From the NCBI RefSeq assembly GCF_009914755.1, contig NC_060935.1: 64,000 bases of DNA; one strand, written 5' to 3'. The notes under the pieces are model-generated. The model was not told the origin of the DNA. It worked only from the letters and a program-made list of their open reading frames with translations, and did not search any database. Numbering within the stretch: the stretch's first letter is position 1; each line of letters opens with the position of its first letter. Origin of the DNA: the human T2T-CHM13v2.0 reference genome, Homo sapiens. Both the position numbers and the translations under genes were made by a program. Shown here piece by piece: positions 1-12,749 of the stretch.

Positions 1-1404
1 ATATTAATATGGGTATGGTATTTTCTTTTATGCAATATTACTTAGTACAATTTTTTCACTCTTTATTTCTCAATTGTCACAAAATTTTAGTTTTTATATT
101 TATTCATGGTTATTTTATAAGATGTATATGATGATTCAAATACCTGAAATTGTCATTGAACTAAATTCATATTTTTTTCTTCAGATTGGCAAGGGCTTAC
201 ACAGACAAGAATATTTTTTTCTACAAAAATCTGGGAATGCTGTGGTCGTCATAGTAACTAGTTAATTGGAGATAATCTCCTTTGAAAATCATAGAAGTTT
301 GCTTCTGTAGAATAGCAGGTGCTCTACTTGTGTTTATATTGGAGTCTCCAGTTTAACATTGTCAGACATATCTTCCATTCCAATACTGATTTTGTTTATG
401 CTGCCATGGATCAAAAATCATATGTCCCTGTTCAGCTGAAAATGTGTTACGCTTGCTTTCTTCTGTTTATTTTGTTGGTTTTTGATGGTCTTCCTTCCTC
501 ATTCAATTCTGCAATACTGTGAAATCTACAGATTTTCTCTGACTAGACTTTCTCAGAGTGTTTATTCACTCATTGCTTAGAACATAACTAGTTCAATCAG
601 CCTGTAATCCTGCTCTTTTTGGAGGAAGTATTATACTCTTTGCTTTTTTCTTTCCTTGACCTTTTGACAATATTTTTTTTCTGAACATTTTAAATAGATT
701 TATTGTGTTAATTTGAAGACGTGCTTTCTTGTGTTGCAATTAGATGGTGAGTTTACATTTAACAGAATCTTCTCTGTGATAATCTTGGAAGGCTGTGTTG
801 AAAAGGCATCCATTCATAGATTTCAATTTGCTTTTGTTAGATGTCCCACAATGTTTCCAGTGTAGACCACTGTGCATTATTTCTCATCTTGAGGTTGCTT
901 CAGTTGTGCAGGAAGCAAAATCCAAAGTTCATTCCGTGTGAGGAAGGGCTGTGGTTGCTGATTTACAGGTAAGGTGTTTTCCTTACAACGTGCCAGAGCA
1001 TGATGGCCAGGTTTATTTAAAATTTTTGCTGATAAGCAGATTTACCTAGCATTTACAATGATAATTCCAATGTTTCAAAAGTATTGGATTTATATTTGGG
1101 TTTCAATGGAATTTTGTGTTGTTTATGGACCCACAGGCTTAGCATCTATTTTGAACAAATTGAACCTCACTTAAAAAGGTTTGAAAATACTCCCAGGAGC
1201 ATCATAGTGTAAACTTCATTTTTTTCTCCTGGTTTTCTGTTTTTTTTTCTTCCTCTGTGCACAAAAACAATTTCAATTATTTTTATGAATAAATCTACAA
1301 ATGTCACAGCATCTTTTACTTTTATAGTTTGTATTTCAATGTACTCTTTAAAAAATATTTTTTGAGGGGAGTGCAGTTATATCTATAGGTTGGTGCAAAA
1401 GTAA

Positions 1405-1740
<336 letters not shown>

Positions 1741-1788
1741 TTCTTTTGCTATCACTTTTAATGGGAAAAACTGAATCGCAGTTTTTAA

Positions 1789-1959
<171 letters not shown>

Positions 1960-4900
1960 TAATAGCCTCCACTTGCTGGAAGAGGAAGTCTAACTATGTT
2001 TCCTTCCTTGTTTGTTATTGATAATCCATATTTTTCTAGTGCCTTACACAACGTATAGCTTGTCCTTGTCCCCCAGAAATATTTGTTAAAGAAATGAGAC
2101 TATTGAAGCTAAATATCACATTCGATAGGAGTGATAAGTGGCCGTTCTATCTGCTATATGGAAGGCAGATTTAGACTCTCAACAGGAATATGTGGAGGTA
2201 GGAGGTGGGATGCTGCATCCTAAAAGTTTTTTAATAGGCTGGCTATTATCAAATTGGATTTCCTTATGCATTTTTGCCTTACACAGGGTAGTTGTAGTAA
2301 TAGTTAATCTTAATAAAATGCTATGCAATTTAAGCACATTATTTAAAGTGTGACTATTTCTACTATTTTCTCATCCATGGCTTTAAGCCTTCTTTCACTT
2401 TTTGAACCTTTCTTTTTGTAATATTGCAAACCTCAGAGAATACCATTCCCATCGAGATATCTTGAGAAAGTCTCCTGAGAAAACAGGATGCAAAACAATG
2501 TGTAATTTTCTTGTTGTTGCTATGTTACTTTACATAGACTCTGAACTACAGGGACTCTGGCCTCATTTGATCACACGAAAATGCATATATACATTTATAT
2601 ATATGTATAGACTTCCACCTTCTTATAATTTGTTCTCATAAACAATTAAAGATGTATAATCATCGTTTCTTTGTTTCCATTATGTTCGTTCTATATTGAA
2701 ACCTAGGTTTTATATGAATTATTTTTACTGAATGATCTTAAGTTAACTACCATTATAATATTGATCATTCCAAATCTCAGAAAAATGTATTAACTGATTG
2801 CATTTTTAAGTGAACAGTAAGAAAACGGAGATGGACATGAGCATTTTAAGGAAGCCCATCCCTTAAAAATTTTTCCGTCTTTGGTAAGTTTTATTCATTC
2901 ATTTGAATATTTATTTTTTCATATTTAGCATTCATTCTGCAGGTAATTGAAATTTTCAGTTAGATAAAATCCTTAAGGTTTTGAATCTTAAATTTTCTGT
3001 AAGTTAACACTGTGCCTTATTATGTGATTCCATTTACAATATTTCCACCTAATTTTGCTGAAAGTTGTACACTTATACATTTTGATAGTTAATTTAATTT
3101 CTAATTTCTTCAAACATACTATTTTCTAAATTATACTTATAATTCATATCTATAAGTATTCCTCTTTTATTGAGAAAACTATCCAGCTGATATTCTAAGA
3201 GTGGTAGAAAAAAGAGCATATATGTTGTATAAAAATGCAGTTTTTAAATACTTAGGATTATTGTTTACAGTACTTATCCATATTGTCATATCTGTTGGAA
3301 ATTACTAAAGATCATTTAGAAAATCATTAAAAAATATGCATATTCACGTTATATTTAACAATGCTAGTTAGTGAATAACTTGAGATAAACATTTACTAAA
3401 ATAAATAAATAAAAATAGTGCTTAAACATTGCAGAAATGCTGCATCAAAGAAATCAATTAGAAAGTTTTTAAAGCTTTACCTGATCACTATGAATCAAAA
3501 TATATTACACTAAGTGTCTATCACTGTTCTATCTATCTATCTGGTTATGCTTCATATACTTACGTAACTATCTAATTTGTTAATTGTTAAAGAAACAAAA
3601 ATACTTCATTGTAATAAAGTATTTTTCAATACACTCCTTCAATACACTCAGGGATTCTAGAGAAGTAATTATAATTATATCTTGGATGAAATAAGTTAAC
3701 TTGTCCAATTAAATAAAGCCAGTTATTGTCAACTATGTATTTTCACTTTTCACCATTGTTGTCTTTGAAATATTTTAATTAAAATTAATAAGGGGTATAA
3801 ATTACACATAGACTGAATCAATATTTGTTTCTCATCATTTCTAAAACTACAATCCATTTAATAGGAAATAAGAGTGGGAGATAGTTGATTATGAAACATA
3901 GGTGAATAGCTTTGAATAGGAGGTGCAGGTGTGTATTGTTCCAATTGAAATTACATTTTTAGAAAGTCTTAAATTGTCTAAACTACCTTTTATAGGATGA
4001 ATAAGAGGAAGAAGTATCACAGAATATTTGGTGAGTATATATATTCATGTTCTAAATTATTGAGTTTGTTTTATTGCCTAAAATTATTTGAAGTCTCAGA
4101 AAAAAAAAAAAAAAAAAAAACAGGAAGGCTCCATTTCATGCAATATGTGGGATTCTAGGTCCTCAATCTCAGAGTAAATGATTAGGGCTACTCTCCCACC
4201 ATGATTGCAGGGAGGATTACCTAGAGTTAAGAATCCCCACTTCTTTTAGTAGGTGTCATTCAAGAGACAGGGTGTTATTTCATGAGTTTCAGAGTTTGGT
4301 GTTGCCACACCATGCCACCCATAGTCACAGAGGCCAGTCTCTGGCTCCCTGGCATTTTCCAATGTCATCACTGTGGGTCCCTGATCCACCTTACTTCATT
4401 ATTGTGGCCACTTTGCTGTCTATAATAATGCAACTGTAGATTAATTCCCTCTATAAATAGAAAATACAGGCAATTTTAGAAAGTTTTCTTATTTACTCAA
4501 AAACAAACCAAAAAATTACCAGAAAGGAGTTTCATTGAATGGTAATTTAATATTCTAACAATATGTATTTTACATACTGTTCATTTAAATTATCACTAGT
4601 GTTTTATCAGTTTTGGTGGCACTTTGTTATGGAGCTAGACATTTCAGAGACAGATGCTGTGAGAAAAAATCATTTTTACACATCGATTTCTATGAGGTAT
4701 AAGCACATAAAGTGTCACTGGAAAAAATATTAGAGACTGTCTAGCCTACTTGCTAAATTTATTGATGAAAATCCTCAGAATTCAAGAAAGAAGATTATTT
4801 ACCTGAAGAACAACATCAGTAGTTGTCTGTATTTTATCCTTGTGCATGTGTATGTGTATAAAATATGTATCAATTTAAATACTTTATATATGTAATATAT

Positions 4901-4973
4901 ATGTATTTTCCCCCTGACAAATTATGACTCTATCTTTTTTTCACAGTAGATTTTGTGAAAAAGAAAGAAACAT

Positions 4974-5912
4974 ATGGCTGATGATAATTTTACAGTTGTC
5001 ACTGAGTTTATTCTTTTGGGATTGACAGATCATGCTGAACTAAAAGCTGTGCTTTTTGTGGTGTTCCTGGTGATTTACGCCATTACCTTGTTGAGGAATC
5101 TGGGCATGATCCTCTTAATCCAAATCACCTCCAAACTCCACACACCCATGTACTTTTTACTCAGCTGTCTTTCATTTGTGGATGCCTGCTATTCATCTGC
5201 AATTGCACCCAAAATGCTGGTGAACCTCCTGGTTGTGAAGGCAACAATTTCTTTCTCTGCTTGCATGGTACAGCATTTGTGTTTCGGAGTGTTCATCACC
5301 ACAGAAGGCTTCTTACTGTCAGTGATGGCCTATGACCGCTATGTGGCCATTGTAAGTCCCTTGCTTTACACTGTAGCCATGTCTGATAGAAAGTGTGTGG
5401 AGCTTGTCACAGGATCATGGATAGGTGGAATAGTTAACACATTAATCCACACAATCAGCTTGAGGAGACTGTCCTTTTGTAGGCTAAATGCTGTCAGCCA
5501 CTTCTTCTGTGACATTCCTTCACTGCTAAAGCTGTCATGTTCTGACACCTCCATGAATGAGTTGTTGCTGTTAACCTTCTCCGGAGTCATTGCCATGGCC
5601 ACCTTCTTGACTGTGATCATTTCCTACATCTTCATTGCTTTTGCTAGCCTAAGGATCCACTCAGCATCAGGCAGACAGCAAGCCTTCTCCACCTGTGCCT
5701 CTCACCTGACTGCTGTGACCATATTCTATGGTACCTTAATCTTTAGCTACATTCAGCCAAGCTCCCAGTATTTTGTGGAACAAGAGAAAGTGGTTTCTAT
5801 GTTCTATACGCTAGGGATTCCCATGTTAAACCTGTTGATACACAGTTTGAGAAACAAGGACGTAAAGGAGGCAGTGAAAAGGGCCATAGAAATGAAACAT
5901 TTCCTCTGTTAA
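4974..5912 (+). CDS. OR5J2: Olfactory receptor family 5 subfamily J member 2 (312 aa, single coding exon)
   Basis: Intact 312-aa ORF with an N-glycosylation sequon (NFT) and OR motifs [29 protein letters not shown] and SLRNKDVK. Polypyrimidine tract plus CAG/TAG acceptor at 4945-4949. Protein recognised as human OR5J2. Confidence 0.95.
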   Translation: MADDNFTVVTEFILLGLTDHAELKAVLFVVFLVIYAITLLRNLGMILLIQITSKLHTPMYFLLSCLSFVDACYSSAIAPKMLVNLLVVKATISFSACMVQHLCFGVFITTEGFLLSVMAYDRYVAIVSPLLYTVAMSDRKCVELVTGSWIGGIVNTLIHTISLRRLSFCRLNAVSHFFCDIPSLLKLSCSDTSMNELLLLTFSGVIAMATFLTVIISYIFIAFASLRIHSASGRQQAFSTCASHLTAVTIFYGTLIFSYIQPSSQYFVEQEKVVSMFYTLGIPMLNLLIHSLRNKDVKEAVKRAIEMKHFLC

Positions 5913-7338
5913 TTTCAAGTCACTATTAATCCTACAACATTCTGTCATTCAGTTCTCACTTCCAAGAATTCCGTGAATGCCAAAGCTTCTCAAGACTTTA
6001 CAGATATTCTCATTCTATATACTTTTGTTGCATTTCAGGAGGCAGCCAGAAGAGAAAACTTAATTCACATACCTGCAACACAAAAACAACAATCTATCAC
6101 TTAGTTATGCTGATATTCTAGGTTATTCACTTAATAATCAATACATAGTACAGTATTACATCTGTTCTTTTCTGTTATTTGGGGTTACAAAATTATAATA
6201 ATACTTGCACTTAAGGATATAAAAATAGGGTACTTTGTAGGAAAAAATAACTAGTCCTTGAATTTCCAAGAAAATAGATATAATTATACAACTGAAATGT
6301 GCCTTCATTGACTTATAATTTAAATATTTTAAACAGTGGCAGGCCCCTCATAGAAATAAACTGAAGAGATTATTTTCTCTCCAGCTCTTTCAAAAACATG
6401 TTTTTGTTAATCTCCTTCTCTATGATTTAAACTCTGAAGAGAGAGGGTAGCTATCCCTATGATTACTTCTGAGATTATAGCAAAAGCCTCATAAAATTTT
6501 AGCTTAAGATTTAAAAATTTTAATTGCATGAATAGAATAATATAGTCATTTTGAAGTATTTAAAATTAAAAACACATTTTATCTCTCTTTTTTGAATATT
6601 TTTTCTATCATTAAAGATCTAAAATAAAAAACTGCAAATAAGATAATTAAAATTCCACAAATTTATCGTTTACAGAAATTTCATGGAATATATTAAATAC
6701 TTAAAATCAGACTATGTAAGTTAAAACCTGTTCATTGACTCACTTCTGTAATTATCCATTCTAAGATTTGATAGTTTTCTTCCATTATGTAATGTTAACT
6801 TTTGCCATTAGCAAAAATTTGAGGAAATATTTGCATTAATATTAAATTAATTTGAATTAAGTGTATTTTTCTGTATTTTTGAACTCTACTATCATGATCA
6901 GAGGAAAGAATCTTGATACTTAAAGTTCATGAGACAGTTGAAGAAATAGCCAAGTAAATGTGTAGTTCCAGCTTTATAGTTGGCAAGTCAGACATATACA
7001 ATTTGCTAATGAAAATTCATAAACAGAAAAAAATAGTTTTTTGAACTTATTCCTATATTGGAAAATCCAATTATAAAAGTGATTGTGCAAATAAATTTTA
7101 AAATGCTTATGAAATGAATATTGTTCACATTTAAGTATACGTGACAGTCATTCATGAGGGATATGGAGTTAATGCCACAAAATTACTTCTAACAGCAATA
7201 GTGATAACCATCATCACTATAATATTATTAATAAAACAATGACAATAAGCACACAGAATAAATAACTTCAGACTATGATATTGACAATTAAATATCATTG
7301 TGCACTGAAAGCCTCCCTATAATCCTGCTGTTAGTATG

Positions 7339-7451
7339 AAAAAAAGTATATATATATATAAAAGTATATATATATATAAAAGTATATATATATATATAAA
7401 AGTATATATATATATAAAAGTATATATATATATAAAAGTGTATATATATAT

Positions 7452-7484
<33 letters not shown>

Positions 7485-7497
7485 CACACATATATAT
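7339..7497. repeat. Compound AAAAG(TA)n minisatellite followed by (CA)n/(TA)n
   Basis: About 5-6 tandem units of AAAAGTATATATATATAT(AT), then CA/TA dinucleotide runs. Confidence 0.95.
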
Positions 7498-7719
7498 GGA
7501 ATTAGACACTCAGGCAATAAACATCAATTAGCCCACTCTCTTTAGAAGTTTTTGATTTCTATTTTTGTGACTATTTTATCTTTGCTAATTATTGTATTTT
7601 GAATCATCAGCTCCCACTTTGCCTAATTCTGTGTTATTCATAAATAAGAAGAAACCCAAAGTTAATATGTGAGTTCCCTCCCTAGCTTCTTTTTTTCCTT
7701 TTTCTTCTTTTTCGAAATT

Positions 7720-9740
7720 ATTTGAGATATTCTAGTTTCTTTGCTTTTCCATTTATATTTCAGAATTATCTTTTATGTTTCTCCTGATTTATTTTACCCC
7801 AGTTTAGCAGTTTTCAACATGAAGATACAGTACACTTTTTATTAGATTTATATCTAAATACTTCACATTTTTGTTTTATTTTAATATATTTTATTTTTCT
7901 TTAAACTTCCAATGTTTATTGCTTATATACAGAAATACAATGGAATTTAGTAAATTGCTCTTACATACTGTTACATTTCTGTACATAATATTTCTAGTTA
8001 CTTTTGCAGATTCTTTTTCTGCATAAACAGTCCTATCATTTGCAAATAGAAACAACTCTACTTGTTTGTTTCAGATCTGGTTTTATAAATTTGTTTTTCT
8101 TACCTTATTGCATAGGCTGGGATCTCCATTATAGTATAAAATAGGTGTGGCAAGGACAAACAACGTTGCCTTTTTTCAGCTATTAGGAGGAATATGTCAT
8201 TTCATGGTTAAATATGATGTTTACTGTAGGTTTTAGTATAGATATCCTTTATCTCTTCCTCAGCAAGTTCATTTCATTTTCCAGATTGCTGAGAATTCAC
8301 TTGTATTTTATGCTATAAATTGATATTGCATCTCATCAAATAATGTTTCTGCATTGAGAAATTCAGGTATGCATTTTATTCTGTTGATATGAGCAATTAC
8401 ATTGATTTTTTTCAACTTTTATTTTATAATCAAGGGATATTTATTTAGGTTTGTTAGAAAACTATATTGATGATACTGAGGTTTAGAGTACAATTGAACT
8501 CATCACCCATGTAGTGAGTATAATACCCATTAGGTAGTTTTTCAGCCCTTGCTTCCGTTTCTCTCCCCACTCTAGTATTTTTCATATGTTTCTTGGTCAG
8601 TTATATGTCTTCCTTTGAAACGTATATGTTCATGTCCTCAAAGGCTGACGTATCACATTACCTGACTTCAGACTACAGACTGGAAGCTGAAGAAGCCAAA
8701 CACCCAGAAATGCCAACAGGTGATCTCTCTGTCACACATACACAGCCCCCTGAATAAAAAGCAGCAAAAGGATTCAGTTCTCTCAAGATAAGGGGCCAGG
8801 AAAAGGGACACTTAGAAAGACAGTATTTTTAAACAATAGTGTATCTACTACAACTAAACATCATGGAAAAGCAAAACAAAACAAAAGAAACGGTGGCCTT
8901 CATCCTCAACCACACAAGCAAAAGCCAAGGAGGGAGCTTAGACTTCCATCCTCACAAGGCTGGAATGACAGTTCCTAAAGCCCCTTCAGAATAATGTGAG
9001 AAAAGGCCACGCAGGGAGACAGGAGTTTCATATCTGCTTTCTGGTAATGATCCCTGCTTCCTAGACCCATAGTGTCAATGGAGACCAGAAATGAAGCCTG
9101 GAAGTCTACTTGGAGGCAGTAATGAGGCACCCTTCCCCTCTCTGTTAGAGTGGTATCAAATGAGGGCATTGCTCTGTGGCAATGAGACAATCCCCACTGC
9201 AGTGTTAGTAGAGACCATGTGAGATATTGGAAGCTCAGGTCTGTCCAGCTGTATGTGGGCTACCTCCCCCAATATCAATGAAGATCAGATGGAGAATCTT
9301 GTCTTCTACTTTCACCTGGTAGTAATGAGGCCGTTTCCACCTTCGTGTGTCAGATTGTTCTCAGAGAGACAGTTAAAACAGAATAAAATAATAAAATCTG
9401 GTGCCTCATAACATAGTACAAAAATGTCCAGGTTTCTGGTAAGTGAAAGAATTCAGACACATAGGTCCAGCATTTTACAATTACATTTATTTTAAAATGT
9501 CCATAATAAAATAATTCATAGAGACAGAATTGGTGGTTTCCTAGGTATGTGATGGGGCTTGTTGAGGGGAAGTTAGGACTAACTGGTAATGAGCATGAAG
9601 TTTCATTCTGGTTTATTGATATTGATCTAAAATTGATTGTTCTGATGGTTTCAAAGTGCGAAATATTAAAACCATTGACTTGTGCACTTTAAATGAGCAA
9701 ATTATATGGCTTATAATTACATCTCAATAAAGGGATAAAA
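7720..9740. mobile_element. Mosaic of old L1 fragments (antisense L1M ORF2, antisense L1PB/L1MA 3' end, sense L1M 5' part and L1MB-like 3' end)
   Basis: Degenerate L1 motifs, e.g. ATCACCCATGTAGTGAGTATAATACCC (about 8502) and ACCATTGACTTGTGCACTTTAAATG...ATCTCAATAAA (9670-9730). Confidence 0.7.
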
Positions 9741-11679
9741 TAAAATTAGCAACATAAAAATAATCAATTTATCTATTATTAGGTATGAAATCAAGAGATT
9801 ATGTATAATCCACTCAGCAAGAGGCAGAATGCATTTTTTGTTCAATATGTAATAAATTTATTCATGGCTAGAAAATATCTAGAAATTAAATAACTTAAAA
9901 AATAAAACCTTGAAAGAATCTCTGTATGTTATTATTTGTAGGCAGATTACTTTGAAAATAAGTCCCTTGAATATATGTCAGCTGTGATGGATAAAGAGTA
10001 ATTCCATGAAAAGGTGACCTTCTAAGTGCCAATATTTTCTGTGGCAGAAGAACAACAATATACATTTTGTCTACTCTGGGACTGGTTGATTTATATTGAT
10101 GAGTGGTAATCTGATATTTTGAGCCACAAATTATATAAATAGATGGATAGATTGGTTTTTATATTTTGCTATTATTTTATGTATTATGTCATGTTTATTT
10201 GTTAGAATTTAAAAATAGCATACCAAATGTTTTAATTCTTATCATTAAGGCTCTTATAAAAATAACACTAACTTTAAATGCAGTGTAAGCTTCTGCTCAA
10301 ATATAACACAGTGGGGAATGAGAGAAATACTACATACCCTTGTGAGGGGTTTTCTTTTCCTTGCTCTAAAGTGTACCACTCACATGTACTGGAAATTTGC
10401 ATGTAGCTCTTCCTGTTTCTTGATTTTTGAAAACTCCCTCCCTCGTAGGATTCCAGTGGTTTACTCTTTGCCCAGGGAATCTAAGGATTTGTCAATTTGT
10501 CATTCCACCCACCCTTTCTACTCTGGTGGTACTTTTCTATAATTAAAAAAAATCATATGCAGATACAATTGAACAATTGGGAATATAAAGACTGTGGCAA
10601 ATCATTAAGTATTTTAATGAATCACAAATCATTTCTTATTCTAAAGATAATAAAACTTAATTTTCATACCCAACTCCTCAATTAATTCTTTATTGTTTAC
10701 ACGAACTCTTTCAATGAGAAACTACATAGATTGATTAGTAACACTATTTTCTTGAGGTTGATAAATATTTCTGAGTTGCATATTTTTCCTCTTGATCTGT
10801 CTAATCACTGTGGTGAGTAACTTTTGTATGTTTACATTAATCATAACAAAATCCAATATACTGTACATCTGTGAGGAAGGAGGTGTTCTTCCCGTCTTAT
10901 TCTATGCATGTGTCACACCTTAGAATAAAACGGTGCCCATCCTTCAAAATTGCATGGAGTGTTTCTACTATTCTCCATTGTATCATTTAGAAATGCTTCT
11001 CCTATGCATTTAACAGATTGCTCAACAAATGATGGCTCAAGGCAGATGGTTTAAATTTTTTAAGTGACGTGAGGTTGGAGACTGATGACTGTCATTTTTT
11101 TTATTAGTTAAGTAGCTCAACAATTTCAGAGGCAGTATGTTTTTCATTGTCTTGTCCTTAAATTAACTTTCCGAAATTGATGAAACTCACATAAAATTGC
11201 TCAGGTCCACGAAGCAGAAGTTGATGTCAAATAAATACTTCCTCCACACACTTCTCTTTTTCATGGAAGGGACATCTGTTTTTTACATTATTCTGAGCTG
11301 ACTTCCTCCTGCATTAGCAATAGTCAATTGTTTTTGTTTTAATTTCTAAATTCTGATCTTCCTAAATCATCTTTTTTCAAATGTGGATGAACTTCCTAGG
11401 ACAGAAATCATTGATTAAAATTGATACACCTTTGTTTATTTCTTTTTCAGCCTGTTCTTGATTACTTAATGCTAATTATTGCTCCTATCCCCCCCAAAAT
11501 TTATTACTAATCCACACAAATTATACTCTGCAACCATTTCATGATGGTTTCTATTTGACAAAGTCAAGCATTGATAATCCACTGATTAGCTTATATTTCT
11601 GTGTGTTGATGTAGTGATTGATTATTGAATTAATATTCTATGCTTGAAGTGGTTATGATCTTTATTCATTTATCATATT

Positions 11680-11945
11680 TAAATATTTCATTGTCAAGTA
11701 AAATTACATAAAATCAAGATGTACAATGTGATGATTTGCTATACATATATATTGTGTACTGATTACACAGTCAAATTAATTAACATATCCATCACCACTC
11801 TTAGTTTCCTCTTTTCTTTTTTGAGTGTTTATGTGTATGTAGCAAAGATACTTAAAATGTGCTTTCTTATCAAATTCAGGTAAACAATACAGTATTATTA
11901 ATTATAGAAATCATAGAGCCCCAGAACATGTACATCTTATAACTG
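11680..11945 (-). mobile_element. L1MA-type 3' end, antisense
   Basis: GTACAATGTGATGATTTGCTATACATATATATTGTG...CAGTCAAATTAATTAACATATCCATCACC motif. Confidence 0.75.
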
Positions 11946-12054
11946 ATCTCTCTGCTATTTCTCTTCTTTCAATCTGACACCTGCCAAAGTGGAGCTTTGC
12001 TCTATGTTGTCTCAGGATGACAGCAACAAAGGCAAAAATGACATTAAGGGACAA

Positions 12055-12245
12055 TATAGGGTAGTTGTTGAGAGCATGAAATCTGGATTTGATTACCTGG
12101 CTTTGAAACCTATTTGTACTACCTAATACATTGGTGAATTCTGACAATTTATTTACCCTTTCTAAACCTTTATTTTTATCATCTGAAAAATGGAACTTTT
12201 AGTAAAACTTAGCTCACAGAACTATTGTGATGGCTAAATTAAGAC
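12055..12245 (+). mobile_element. MIR SINE
   Basis: Core-like TTATTTTTATCATCTGAAAAATGG...CTCACAGAACTATTGTGATGGCTAAATTAAGA. Confidence 0.65.
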
Positions 12246-12324
12246 ATAGAGAATGCCATTTGTTGTTGGTGTTCTATTTTCCCTTTTTTCTGTTCTTTTT
12301 ATTGTGGACTTAAAAACTTTCTTT

Positions 12325-12675
12325 GTTTATTAGAGTTGCTATAACAAATTACCATAAAATGGGTGGTTCCTAAACAATAGAAATTTACTTAATACAATTC
12401 TAGAGGCTGGGAAGTCCAAGATCAAGGTGCCAGTAGATTTGGTGTCTAGTAAGGTCTTCCTCTCTGGATCATAGATGGTGTCTTCTCCCTGTGTCTTCAT
12501 ATAGTGGAAGGAGGTAAGAAGTTCCCTGAGTCCTCTCTCACAAGGACACTAATCTCATTCATGAGAATCTACTCTCATGATCTCGTTTCTCCCAAAGGTC
12601 CTACCTTCTAATACCATCACCTTGGGGGTTAGGATTTCAACATATACATTTGGGAAGAATACAACATTCAGAACA
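12325..12675 (-). mobile_element. MaLR solo LTR (MLT1A/MLT1A0-like)
   Basis: GCTATAACAAATTACCATAAAATGGGTGG...TCTAGAGGCTGGGAAGTCCAAGATCAAGGTGCCAG...GGGGGTTAGGATTTCAACATAT. Confidence 0.85.
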
Positions 12676-12749
12676 ACTCTTTTTGTTGTGGTGGTGGTGG
12701 TTGTTATTTTAGCGTTTGTTTTAGGGCATAGATATTTTACTTGTAATAG

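Noticed and set aside
5366-5620. Antisense or alternative-frame ORFs over OR genes (also 17498-17695, 39769-40023)
   Set aside because: Shadow ORFs of OR coding sequence with no independent support.
7288-7545. Tyr/Ile-rich ORFs and a repeat-spacer-like array
   Set aside because: Artefacts of the TA microsatellite; no unique spacers, so not CRISPR-like.
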